Origin: Podarcis pityusensis
Taxonomy: Eukaryota
DNA length: 64,000 nt
Assembly: GCA_964106645.2 (NCBI GenBank)
Contig: OZ067039.1
Strand: one strand, 5' to 3'
Numbering within the stretch: position 1 is the first letter of the stretch; the number at the start of each line of letters is the position of its first letter. Positions 39,688 through 52,184 of this stretch are shown here, piece after piece. The notes beneath the pieces are model-generated. The model made no database searches. It was not told the DNA's origin and saw nothing but the letters and a program-made list of their open reading frames with translations. The position numbers were made by a program, and so were the translations under genes.

Positions 39688-39929
39688 TGTTATGTACCAA
39701 GCTTGGATCCTAGAGCAATAGGCAAGTAGGATCGTAGAATGCAACAACTGATTGGCTTGCAGGAAAAGACCAATCAGGCTCCAGGAGGGAAGCAGAATCA
39801 GCCAATCAGGCGGGACTCATTGTGTAAATAATGTATATAAAAGCCTGAGGTTTGGGGGGCAATTCAATCACTATTTTACAAGCTGCAATAAAGAGCATGA
39901 AATCACTACAGGACTCTGAGTATATTTCA
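39688..39929 (+). mobile_element. Solo LTR (242 bp)
   Basis: TG...CA termini, three CCAAT boxes (one inverted), TATATAAAA, AATAAA; TSD cttcc / cttct. Confidence 0.85.
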
Positions 39930-40819
39930 CTTCTCCTTGTATAATTTTGTTTTTAATTAAACAAATAGCCAATATTGAGCAGGAAGCCGTGTTGCAGATC
40001 AGCACCACAGCCTGGGGGAGGAGGGCTTTAACGCCTTGTTCCTGCCACGGTCCTGATCCAAACCAGTGCCCCAGCCAGCTGTTGACAACAGGTGGAAAGC
40101 TGCCATTGATGCCTATCCCTCACCCACAATTCCACCACTGCTATCACAGTACTGTATATTCATTCAAAACAATAACGAGATAAAAGAAAATGACACATCA
40201 AATTTATTGGTGTCACGTCACCATTAATGTGAGCATGCAGGGCTCATGAGAGCTAAGATTAGGGCCAGGTGTGTTCTGGGGTGAGGGTGGAGGCATGGGG
40301 CTGGTGTGCTCAAAGTATGACTGCCACCTCTTCACCAGAGAGAGGTTTCATATCCTTATTTGGATTCTTATGAGCTGCAGAAATTCAACAGGCAGCACTT
40401 TTCTCACCAAAAGCTGCACCTGTGGAATGTTTGCTTTGTCATCATGCAGATGTGTAAGACTCAGAGCGCCTGTCATCAGCAATATCAACAAAGCGAAAAG
40501 CATGATGGGCAGCAGGATCCTCCCATGCCATGCTCGTTTCTGCTATCCGAGATAAAGCGTCTCTTTCGTGTCCAACTCCTGCTTTGTGCAGTGTCACAGT
40601 GATGAGAACACGTAGTGTAGCCCATCCCAGATGCACAATGCAAGGACTAACGTTATGACTGGCTGAACATTCAACAGTGAAATTTTAACCAACCGAAGAA
40701 AAGTGGGGTTGATAGCATTGAAAAAGGGACTTTGGTAGAGTAAAATACTTGATAGGGCTGGAATATGTACATGTGCATCTAGATTGCTCTCTAATTTATA
40801 TTTTATGATGCAATTGCAA

Positions 40820-40851
<32 letters not shown>
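40820..40851. repeat. (AAT)n microsatellite; others at 42083-42127 and 47988-48020
   Basis: Direct observation. Confidence 0.9.
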
Positions 40852-42081
40852 GTCATTAAAAGCTGGAATATATGGTGAAGGCTTCCTCAAAAACCACATC
40901 TATATTTCTTTACTCTGGCAGATCTTTAACTCCACTGAAGTGCAGCTAAAAGGAATATAGACATTGGGAAATAATTTACTACAGGGAAACTGCTGTTAAA
41001 CCCTGTTGCATTTCACTACATCATGCTTTGAAGCACAGCCAAATTCCAATCATATGACGTACTTCAGAGGAGAAAAAATTAGGGTGTTTCCCTGTGCTAT
41101 TCATATTTCACGTGTGTGCCCATGCCATTCTCAGCGTCACTCAAATTCCGATCTATACACCCCTTGCAACCAGGTAAAACAAGATGGGGAAAGAATGCAT
41201 CAGAATGCAATAGGTTTAGAAGACAGGGAAGCCACATTCAGTTACTTATTAGCTTATCTCAGTAGTTTGTTTGTTACAATAGCAGAACTTGTGCCTGGAA
41301 GAAATACACCTTGACTTTGAAAGACAGAGTTTGTGACTGGGGGAAAGCTAGTCTATTGATGTGAAATCTGCTCCCAGCCAGATCAACTGAGGTTTTAATA
41401 TAGGGAATGGAGAGGTTGGGATTTATAACTGAATTAAATACAGTGCAGTCCAGGAGCCCAAAGGAGCTTCTGCCATGATATTATTTGAGAGCCTCATGGT
41501 ACCTCTGTGCATTGGGTTCTTTTAAAATTCCCTCTAAGTCAAATCATAATGGTTGTTGTTACTTCAGAGAGCACAATGAGCCACATTCCCAGCTGTGTGG
41601 AGCTTTTAAAACGCTCCCATCGTGGGAAGCAACAGAGATATGCCAGAGTCCTGCACATTTAGGGAGTCATAAATTCGATGTTAATAAGCAACTGCATTTT
41701 GCTTTTATTTAGTCGATGCAATTATTACTATAGAAACAAGAGATGTGGCAACAGACTCTCATGAGTCAGCCTGGCCTTGGGCAGAAATGGGTGCAGTTCT
41801 TGTGACTTCACAAAAAGGCTTTAAATCATTCATGTCAGATTCTGTCCTGTGACTTCATGTGGGGAACACAAAAGAACATGCTAAAGTAATTCATGCTTAT
41901 TATCCATTGGATTGCAAGGGAAGTTATACTGTAAGTCTTTCCGAAGACATCTGAAGGCAGCCCTGTCAAGTTTTTAATGCTTGACATATAGTTGTGTTTC
42001 TTTTTTGTGTGGGAAGCTGCTCAGAATGGCTGGGACAATTGAGTCAGATGGGTGGGGTATAAATAATAAAATATGTATTAC

Positions 42082-42120
<39 letters not shown>

Positions 42121-42777
42121 CATTATTTTCAGCCAAGTCAGAAAGGTTAAGAAATGCTAAAAGTTGCTTCAAATTGAATTACTGCTTGTATGATTTATCA
42201 GTCTGCCAGGCTCCAAATACTATGATTTAACTACTGGGGCAGAAGGATTCATCTGCTATAGTTTTCAGATAAATTCCCATAGGAATTCATATAAAGAATG
42301 GTCACATTGTTCTGAACTGGAGTTTCTCATGTGACCCCCAAAAGCTTTTAAAACTGCAACAAGGAGTTTTCAGTGTTAATTAGCAGGTGGACACTGGTGA
42401 CTCAAGAGTCCCCCACATTCTGTTAATTATAACTGGATAGTTGTTTGTCTGATGTAATTTTGCCTTATACAAGTTTGTATAGTTTCCATGCATAGGAAAC
42501 AAAGACTTAGGTTTTTTCCTCGTTACTCCTAATTTCCTATTTCAGGTCTGAAAAACAAGACTTGCTAGCAGAACAAGACTTGCAATTGTAGTCTCATGGC
42601 CAGAATCTGGATTGCTTCTGAGAAGCTGATCAACAACTGACTATTTTCAGTGACTCACTGCCCCCTCCATCACTGCTGCCACATAGCTGGCTAGGGTTAA
42701 ACATCTGTGTCATCAATGAGAAAGGAAGAGGTGACCATTTGTTTCTGCAGGCCACAGCAAATTCACTCTCCCTCAAT

Positions 42778-43150
42778 TAGAGATTGGGGATTGGAATCAG
42801 TTTGCGTTTAAAGAGGCTGAATTTATCGAATTTGGACTTTCCGAAACAACCTGGGAACTGAAACCCAGCCACCCTTTGAAATTTGCTGTGCAGTTCTCCA
42901 ACCGAAGAATGTTTTCAAAAATGTGTGCATTGGGGGAAAATGTGCGTAAAACAGAAGACAGTGAAAAATAATATACAGGCATGCATTATATTAGGAGAAA
43001 TTGCTTGCAAAAGTGTGTACATTAGTCAAAACTGCAAAAAAGGTGTTTATTGGGAGAAAGTCATACTAAAATGCTGAATAATTTTAATGAGGATTTTAAA
43101 AAACAAAATTAACAAAGTGCTGCAGAAATGTGGTAAACCATGCATCCCTA
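42778..43150. mobile_element. Non-autonomous DNA-transposon-like squamate repeat
   Basis: Termini tagagattg ... catcccta; internal aaaatgtgtgcatt / ggagaaattg subrepeats. Family not assigned. Confidence 0.5.
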
Positions 43151-46100
43151 CCTGTAATCAGAGGGCTGGTTCATATTTGTGAAGAGAGAATGTCCCTATC
43201 CCTGCATTCCGTTGCATATGAGTGACTCATTACATGATGGTTTGCCTTCAGCAATTGTTACCTACAATAGAAATGTACTTGCTAGATATAAGTTGTATGT
43301 TTTATACATAGTGTATATTCATTATTTTCACATGTAGAGTTTAGAAAGTCTTGCTTCTTGTAGAAAAGCTTGCATGCCAGAAAAGCATAGGACAAGACCA
43401 TAAAAATGAATGGGCTTTGCTGTAGCTATCTTTCTGTGTCATTTCTTATCATCCAGATTCAATAAAAATATTACAAATGATAACTCTACCATGCATATTG
43501 TCATTGTGTTTGATTGGCTGCAGTAGATAGCTCCAGCAACTGTATACCACTTTTCTGAATTTACTACATTCAAAGAGTACTTGACTTTGGCCTCAAGACT
43601 TCCTCACTACTGGAAGATGTTGCTCTGGGCTTCCTGTGGAATGTAATTCAAAGTGTCATCTTGCTTTGTTAATTTTGCGTGAATTATTGAGCCCGTTCCA
43701 CTTTGCAGCCCTTTCTTTTTCATAATTTTGAAGCTCTTCCACTCCTGTGTGCTTCACTTGCAGGAGATTTCGTAAGACTTCAGTGTCTGCTTTCTTAAAA
43801 AAAAGAATTATCCCTACGTAACCAGTAAGGCAGTACAGTATTGTAAAACCAAGGGAATGGAGATCACTTGTGTAAAATATACCTCTGAATACCAGTTGCT
43901 GAGGAGCACAAGACGGAGAGGGCTGCTACATTCATGCTCTGCTTATGGCCTTTCTATAATTAGTGTGGTGTGGTTTGGGTGTTCTTTTTTAGATTTTATG
44001 TTGCTAATCCACCATGCATTACGAACAGCAACAATGGGACTATACTCTCCTACTCCTATAAAAAGGTTCCCAATTGAACACCCAGAGAAATTCAGTTTAA
44101 TGTCTATGATATGTGCAGTCAAGATAGGCTCTGAAACATCTAATGAGCTAAGCTAAAATTACTTTATACACTCAGACTTTTAAAAGACTGCAACATATAA
44201 AGATAGAACAATTCACTGCCTCATGTTTACTGTTCTCTATCAACACTTTGAGGAGGGAGGGAATGAAAAAACATAAGCAGTGAGAAACCATAAAGTGGGG
44301 GGGGGGGCTGCATTAATTCACTATTTGTTGGATTAACATGTTTCCGAAAGCTTCTCTGACCTGGAAAATACAAGCAGTTTAGCAGAGTAAGTACTAACTG
44401 ATATGAGAAAAATAAACTAGGGCTTTTCGAATGTGCCTCATAATTCCTGGTGTGCCAGCTGGTCTTTAATAACCATGCTGTTCAAAAAAACAATTCCAGC
44501 TCACACTATTCCTCCCACTTGCTTTGGCACAATGGCTTCCAGACATCTAGCAATATAGCAAGTGCGTCCTTTCAAAATAACAGGGTAGTTCAAATCCATT
44601 GAAATCCCACTGACACTGTACTGAATAGAGTTCCAAAGTGGTCCTGATGATGTCATCTAGGGGGAGGTAAAACTGCCAGACTTCCATTAAAGAATATGGG
44701 GACAGGCAGGCAGCTTCCCAGTCTTCTGCTGGTCCCTTCTCCTGTTCCAGCTTCCTTCCACATGGGTAACACATTTTGCAATTTGCTTTCAGCTACCCTT
44801 TTCTGGCAGAATTGGTTCCAACTAGGCTACCTTTTCCACTTTTCAACACCCAGTTAAGCCTGATCTACCCATGTAGAATCCTGAAGTGACATAGTGTACT
44901 ACTATACCATTTCAGTTTGCCAGAAGAGGATGGAATTTCTGAATATCACCTGCCCCCTCAATATAAAAAAGACCAGAGCCATCCCAACACTTTGCCACTC
45001 CAGGCAAAGGACAAGATAGCGTCTGTCCTCATAGATCAGAGCCTTCACAAATTGTGACTTGTGGACCACTAGTGATTCACAAGCTCCATTCAGGTGGTCC
45101 ACCAAAATGGTCAACATTAACTATACTTGGCCCTGCACTGTTTATTTTAATTGCGACTGTTTCGACTATGGCAGGTTAACAGATCATCAAGGCCTTGGCC
45201 CAAGGCTTGTGATTCTCATAATATAGTATGAGTTTTGGCTATGGGGCCAGTGCTGAAGGGGAAATTGTTATTAAAATCTAAGTTTTGTATGTGCATTGAT
45301 CTGCTGGGGAAAGCTTATTAAGTGCTTCGCTGAGACCCCCAGTAAATTTGGGCTCCTAGATGAGTTGTAAAACACAATACTTGTATTAAGTTCCTTACCC
45401 CACCACCAGCACACACCCACACTCACACAAGTTAGCAAGGGCCAGAAGTTGTTTCTGGAAAGCAGGAAGTTCTCTGAGTAGCACTTCTCAAAAGGGGCAC
45501 AAGCATCAGTATTTTGGCAGAGAAATAGGTAGTACCTGTGTGATACCAGCCAAACCAGACTTCAGAAAGCTACAAGCAAATAAGCGAGCTCTGCTTCAGT
45601 TCTGCACCTAGTGAACAATCAGGGACTAGAAAGAGCCCAGCTAGAATTTGGAGCCTATGATGAAAGCTGTCTTTCTCCAGCACCCAATGATTTATCTCAA
45701 AAAATTAGTAAGCAACTGTTTGAGGAAATTATCCACTTGTTTTTTCCCTGAGACAGTCATCTCTTGCTGCTAGAAGCAGCTACGGTAATATTTAATTTTA
45801 TAAAAGATGATATCCTGCTTTTTTCCAGCAGGTGGACTCAAAGCAAACCAGGTAGACTCAAAAGCTAGCTAGAGCTGTTCCACAAGCCAAATTCTTGTTC
45901 TTAGTTTTCTTTGGGCCTTAGTAGTGCTTGCCAGATCTAACAATATCCTTATCCCAATACAATAGCAAGGTTAGCTTTGTGCAAGTGGAACAATAGTTCT
46001 TCTCCCTCAACAGTGGGAGGACAGGGGTGGACTTTGGTCTTTCAAATTCCAGCAGCGCCCTCTGCAAGGCCAAAATTCAACACCCCCACCTCTGACCTTC

Positions 46101-46697
46101 CATTCTGCATGTATACTATGTCATAGCTGCGTCGTCCCCCTTGTTTCCCCACACTGGGCACTGAGCCCATTCACACTATCCTAAATCTGCCTCTGCCCAC
46201 CACTCACAAAAGAGAGAGAAAGTGCACACACATTTTTTCCAAGGGAACTGGGTAAAAGTCCAATTCAGTATATTTATTCTGATCCTTCAAAAGCACATAG
46301 AGCAGAAAGAGGAAATGGGAAAGAGTGTCACTCTTCCAACTTCCTCCTTCAGTTCTATATGCTTTACAAGGGATAAAAAGGTAACCACCCAATTGTCTCA
46401 TGACCAAGGGGCAGAAGCTTCATGGGCAGCAGCGGAAGACCTCAAAGGTCCCATTGTATCTATAGGCACCACACTGGTGACCCCCCCCTGCCTTAAAAAC
46501 ACTATACAGTATATTGTAAAAATGAATGTTTTTGTGACCATCACATTTCAAAATACTTTATTAGAGGATCTACACATGGTATGCAGAGTTATTCATGAAA
46601 CTTTTTTAATGAAAAGTTTTTTTGAAAAGCAAGTGTCTTACTCCTCCAGACATTGTACATCTTCCCAAGACGCATGCTGTTTCACGGGCAAACTTGG

Positions 46698-46736
46698 CTA
46701 GTTTTCATTTGGTGTATTTCCTGCATTTCCTGTGTT
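46698..46736 (-). CDS. CDKL3: CDKL3 terminal coding exon (NTGNAGNTPNEN*), poly(A) signal AATAAA at 46562-46557
   Basis: tttag acceptor, phase 0 matches the upstream donor; NTGNA start resembles a mammalian CDKL3 C-terminal isoform (from memory); AATAAA about 135 nt after the stop. Confidence 0.7.
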   Translation of the reverse strand, partial: NTGNAGNTPNEN

Positions 46737-47192
46737 CTAAATATTAAATTAAAAAATAAGGTTAGTTGACAGAAGCCAATTAGTGAAAACTCACTTTTTC
46801 ATCAAATTAAAATTATCTCCCTCCAAATAAAAAAGCTAAGCATTTTTAAACATACAATCAATATTTCAAAAAGAGTTCAGCAGCTTTTTAGCAGATGTCT
46901 AGGAAATGTTCCTATTGAATGCAATTATGCATTATATTTACTTGTAAATGACTGACAAAAGAATGCAAATATTACATGTATTCTCTAATTTTCAACAACT
47001 CAGTAAGTATATATTTTAGCTAAGTCCAAGAATATTTGTACCTTGTCCAAATATTGACAAACTCTTTTACTACAATTCAACAGAGAGTTAGCGATCTTTA
47101 ATTCCATTATTTTAAACTGGCATAGGCACACTTAACTCACTGTTCAGTTACAGAATCCATGTTTTTATGCTGGCTAAGAAATTTGAATTTAC

Positions 47193-47290
47193 CTCAAGTT
47201 TTTCACGATTCTGATCCACATTTAGTAAAGATGGTATTTTAGATACTTCAGATTTCTTTGACTCCCTCTTCAGCACTCTTACCTGTTTAA
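47193..47290 (-). CDS. CDKL3: CDKL3 exon (98 nt; (I)KQVRVLKRESKKSEVSKIPSLLNVDQNREKLE)
   Basis: Similar to human KQIKMLKRESKKTESSKIPTLLNVDQNQEKQE; aag acceptor, gtaaat donor. Confidence 0.93.
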
Positions 47291-48938
47291 CTTTTACAAA
47301 CAAATACCTAATTATTTCTAGATTTGTATACTTTTCTAGTTTGAATTATCAAAAATGTACAATCCACTAGATAAGGAAACAAAGAAAACCATGATTTAAT
47401 TGATTTATTTTTTTAAATGAAAGATAACTAGTTATTTTTGGCTTTAGAGCTTATTATATCATGGAAGCTTTCATTTTTAAATTCAGATTCTTGTGAACAC
47501 AATTCTGTGACCTCCCACATGGGAAAAACCAACTGAAGGGGGCATTTTTCTGCTGAACATGGGGTAATAGGAAAATATTTGAGCACTAATCCCCCCACCA
47601 CTTCATTCAGTGGTGCTTTTAGTTCTTGACTTTGGGACACCCTCTGGGGCCCTGTAGTCCACAAACCCCACAAATGACCACCAGAGACGGGCATCAGACC
47701 CCGGCTTTTTACAAAAACACAGATTCACAGTGGCAGGCAGGCAGGCAGGCAGGCAGGCACTCATGCTGCTCCCAGACTCTAGAACTCCTTCCCTAGAGAA
47801 GTTAAACGGGCTCCCTCCTTGTCCTTCTGCTAGCAGGTAAGACCTTCTTGTTCCAACATGCTTTGGGGAACTGATTGCTTTTAATGAGGGGGGTCCTGCT
47901 GTTCTATTCTGAGATTTTATTTATATAGATGAAAGTTTTTGTTTTGATTGTATGTTTTGAGTCCCGAAAAGTGGGAAAAGGCAGGGTATAATAAATAATA
48001 ATAATAATAATAATAATAATGTTCAGTAATATGCTGAACCGGCTGCGGTCATGCATACCATCAACTTCATTTTCCCAGCCTTTCTCTGGGTTCCACATTT
48101 TTTTAAAAAAGAAAAAAAACCTCTTAATGGTGACAACTGGTAAGTTTGTGGGGCAATGGAGTACCCACCCCTCAGTTTAACAAGTGGTGTTGGGAAGAGG
48201 TTCCTTTTGCTTCATTTTTATAAATTTCTGCAGCTGCGAGCACAATTCTCAGAGGCCAGATTCAGCTATGCCCACCCACCACTTCAACTGCGCACTTGCC
48301 ACCACTACTCAACCTTTTTAATCACTTCAAATACAGAACCATAATACAGCAGCCATAATTCAAGGAACTCTGAAATTAGTTCTGTCGGCCCAAGGAACCT
48401 TAGCCTTAGTTTTATGAAATGGAAGTCATTTCCCCTCTCACCTCAAGCTATATGGCAAAATTTTGAAATTTTGTGTGTGTTGTGTTCAAAAGCAGTTTGC
48501 GATATGTGGGGTGGGGGTTCTGTTATTCAAAGAAAAATCTATACAGAAGATCCATGACAGTATTTTTCAACTTTTAAAATATTTACTTAAAAGCAGCTCC
48601 AAGTAAGGGTCTCTTTTTATGAAGCAGCAGTACTGGGAAGGGGATGTTTTAATTCACTGCCCTTTCTAATACCAATAAATAAAAAAAAATCAGCATTTAC
48701 ATACATTCCAGCCCTGAGCTGATTTCTGTTTTTAGTTCTATTTGCATGCAGCTTTTGATTTGAAAAGGAAGGAATCTGCTCCAACTGACTCATCAAAAGA
48801 AAGTCTTAAAAAAACCTGCACAATTCTGCAGCATGTTCCACAAATCTTATATATAGATATTTAAGTTTCATTTCAGATTAACTCATCTGAGCCTTACAAT
48901 TTATCTGAAAAAAAATCTATAGAAGATAGCAAGCATAC

Positions 48939-49098
48939 TTTCCATTCCTTTCAGTTCTTTCTGTTGCCCCGTGGTTAGCTCTGGGAAGTGAATGTCCTTC
49001 TTCTCACATCTTGAAATATTGCGTTTCTTTCTGTTTATTGTGACCATTTGATCAATCTGAGCAGCTCTTTCATACAGAGAGACCTTCTCTATTTGGTT
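48939..49098 (-). CDS. CDKL3: CDKL3 exon (160 nt; NQIEKVSLYERAAQIDQMVTINRKKRNISRCEKKDIHFPELTTGQQKELKGME)
   Basis: HFPEL and KGME conserved with mammalian CDKL3; GT-AG boundaries; phases fit. Confidence 0.93.
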
Positions 49099-49884
49099 CT
49101 AAAAATGGAATCAGTATGTATCCAAGATAACATCTGTGCTACACTTTCAACTTATCTATGCCTTTATGTAGTTAATTCTGACCTTGACACAAAGTACTAA
49201 TAATCTTTAAAGTCTCTCATTTGAGGAAGCTTATATCACCAGGCAGGAATAAATCACTATTATGGGCTAGAAGAACTATTAGAAATTGCATCTTTCAGAC
49301 AAAATCAACAGGTCTTTTTCCTTAGTAGCTGGCAGCATCCAGCAACAAACATATTTGTTTATTTCCATGGACAGTTAAATCACCTGTTCGGTTTACAACA
49401 TCTACCAAGGAGGCATGACAGCTCTCTTATCTGCTGAAGACTCCCTTGAGCAACAGTAGTAGAGGTATCTGGACTGAATTCCACACCACCTTGTGAACAT
49501 TATACATTATACAACAGACCCAGTACCCAGAATACTGGGACATTTGCTATGGCCCATGAAGTCCAGCAGAGATCTCTGGGGCTAATGACTTGCATGCCCC
49601 ACCCCTCCAGCATCCATTGCCACTTGCAAACAGGCAGTTCGGTGACTGTAGTCACTAGCCTCATCCTTGTGTACACTTGCAAGCCAGCTTACCGATTGAT
49701 GCTGTAATGTACTAGGAGCTGAGCATCTTTTTGCTCCCTGTCCAATTAGTGCCATAGCTGCTTACGATCAGGAGCTGACATCTGCCTTTGAGAACTTGGA
49801 AATTTCAGCTGATGTAGAATTCAGTGGCCAGACTTACAATTGGGACCAGGAGGTTCAAGTATATAACACCCATGCTTGTCTGTC

Positions 49885-50370
49885 TGCACTGACTTCTAGG
49901 TTGCTTTACAGGCCCAATTCAAAGTGCTCATTTTAGCCTGTAAAGCTTTATACAGCCCAGGACCAGACTGCATTATAGAGCACCTTTTTCTTTTCAAATC
50001 TGCATCAAGTCTCAGGTTGTCCTTGGAGATCCTCCTCCAAGTATTCCTTCTAAGGCTTACATGAGAAAACACTTTTTCTACAGGGAGGTCTAGCAAATTT
50101 TCAGTGCCAGGTTAAGACTTTTTTTGTACACTCAAGCGTTTGAATGTTGATATTTGTCTTCTGCTTCCTCAATAGATGGTTTTTCATTGCTTTCTGTTTT
50201 ACAGTGATCACTTGTGAGAATTTTATGGTGGGAGATATGAACTTGTGGGGTAGGAGATGTTTAGCGTGAGCACTATTAGCGTTGTTTGTTTTTTAAGGTG
50301 TATTTTTTGCTATGTAAGTCACCTTGAGACCTTCAGGGGTAAGTAGCCATATAAATAAAATAATAATACA
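49885..50370 (+). mobile_element. Degenerate L2 LINE 3' fragment
   Basis: ggcccaattcaaagtgctcattttagcctgtaaagctttatacagc (AQFKVL..KAL) and L2-type tail gtaagtcaccttgag...ataaataaaataa. Confidence 0.6.
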
Positions 50371-50570
50371 GCAAAAGCAGAGGAGAAAAGCAGCACTAAA
50401 AAAAGCAAAACAAAAGGAGAGTGAAGGAACAGTTGTGCAAAGGTAGTGCTTAGAAGAAGGTTCCAAAATACGTGAGTCAGTTGTTTTAACTTGACAAGGA
50501 GATCCTTTGCCCTGAGGGTGATCTTTGGTCAAGATACAGCCAGCCTTCACAGAAAATCTTGCTACTTGCA

Positions 50571-50927
50571 TAAAGGTAAAGGTAAAGGGACCCCTGACCA
50601 TTAGGTCCAGTCGTGTCCGACTCTGGGGTTGCGGCGCTCATCTCGCTTTATTGGCCGAGGGAGCCGGCGTACAGCTTCCGGGTCATGTGATCAGCATGAC
50701 TAAGCCACTTCTGGCGAACCAGAGCAGCGCATGGAAACGCCGTTTACCTTCCCGCTGGAGCGGTACCTATTTATCTACTTGCATTTTGACGTGCTTTCAA
50801 ACTGCTAGGTTGGCAGAAGCAAGAACTGAGCAACGGGAGCTCACCCCGTCGCGGAGATTTGAACCGCCGACCTTCTGATTGGCAAGTCCTAAGCTCTGTG
50901 GTATAACCCACAGCGCCACCCGTGTCC
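50571..50927 (-). mobile_element. Sauria SINE, essentially full length
   Basis: Reverse complement of the 19817-20143 family; head ggacacgggtggcgctgtggg, tail (acc ttt)n. Confidence 0.93.
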
Positions 50928-51507
50928 TCAGCCTAAAGCTTCCTTCTTCCTTCACTTTTCCCTGGGTGTAAGCGCCAACAAAGGGAAAACCTATGCATAG
51001 CTCTTGGGGGGGAGTAAGTCTAGTCACTTGAAGCTTAACAGCTGTGGTCCAGAAGCTAGGAAGGTATGAATGTCAGCCTGCACATATAGTGCTATTTTTT
51101 CAACAAGTGCTCAATGCTTTTCTAGTAATACCAGCAAGTGTGCAGAGGTGGAAGGCTGATTCTGAGTGCAAAAGGGGCCCATGGGTGAAACGGAAGCTCA
51201 TTTCTCATAGCAAAGCTGGGCTAAGTAGAAAAGCATATAGGTAGGGACTTCAGAGAGGTAAGTGTTAATGCAGGGGGACCGTTTAGCAACTCTATGTCTG
51301 AACCCTTGCTGATAAAAAAGTAAAACTCCCTGCTTTATATACAACCTGGCAGGCTCGAGTGGGTTTAAAGAAAGAGCCTGCTGTTTTTGCATCAAATTTG
51401 GCCCTTAGGCATGTCAATCATTCTCTGAATTGCAACCATTGGCTTAAAAATATACTTCAAAGACATAACCAGATGAACCAAATTGATCTTGAAAACTGTA
51501 CACTTAC

Positions 51508-51601
51508 TTGAGATATAGTCCCTTCTTCTTGACGGTTATTTGGGCCTATTTGTGACACTTGTGGCCAAGGACTTCGTCTTTTCTTTGCTTTTTCAGGTAA
51601 T
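51508..51601 (-). CDS. CDKL3: CDKL3 exon (94 nt; (R)LPEKAKKRRSPWPQVSQIGPNNRQEEGTISQ)
   Basis: AKKRR basic motif as in human RLTERAKKRRTS; GT-AG boundaries. Confidence 0.93.
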
Positions 51602-51858
51602 CTAATAAACAAGCAGATAAATTGATTCTCAACTAAGAACTCATGTAATTAGATTTTTATTTTTTATTAAGCATGTTCCATATTTAATATCTCCCCACCC
51701 ACCCCATACGCTGTGGCAGGGATAGCTCCTCGATAAGAAATCACACATAGCTTATCTAAATTCAGCAGTTAAACTGTTTCTTTTTAAAACTTTGAGCAAA
51801 AATTGACCTTTGCCAAGCATTCCAATTCCCCACCTGCATTCACTTTTGCATTACATAC

Positions 51859-52184
51859 CTTGAATTAGGGCACAGGAAGTGTGAGTTGAAATTTGCAGTA
51901 AGATTTCCGCAGTTTGGTTTGATGCGTGGCATTGTCATAGTGGGTGTCTGTGGAGAATCCTCCTTTGTCCCACCAGCGTCAGTGCCGGCTGCCAGACCAG
52001 TGCCATCATTGCCTGTCAGTTTGTTTTCATGAGGAAGGTTTAGAGCATTCTGAGACAGAGCAGCCCACTGCGAAACGGCATCTTCTTGTTCATTCCTTTT
52101 CAGCTCTGAGATTTCAGATTTCACCCCTTTCATTTTGATCCCTTTGACCTTCATCTCCTTTGGTTTTTTGTCCTTTTCAATTTC
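51859..52184 (-). CDS. CDKL3: CDKL3 exon (326 nt; EIEKDKKPKEMKVKGIKMKG...TMPRIKPNCGNLTANFNSHFLCPNS(R))
   Basis: Similar to human EIEKEKKPKEIKVRVIKVKG; open frame between tag acceptor and gtatgt donor. Confidence 0.95.
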
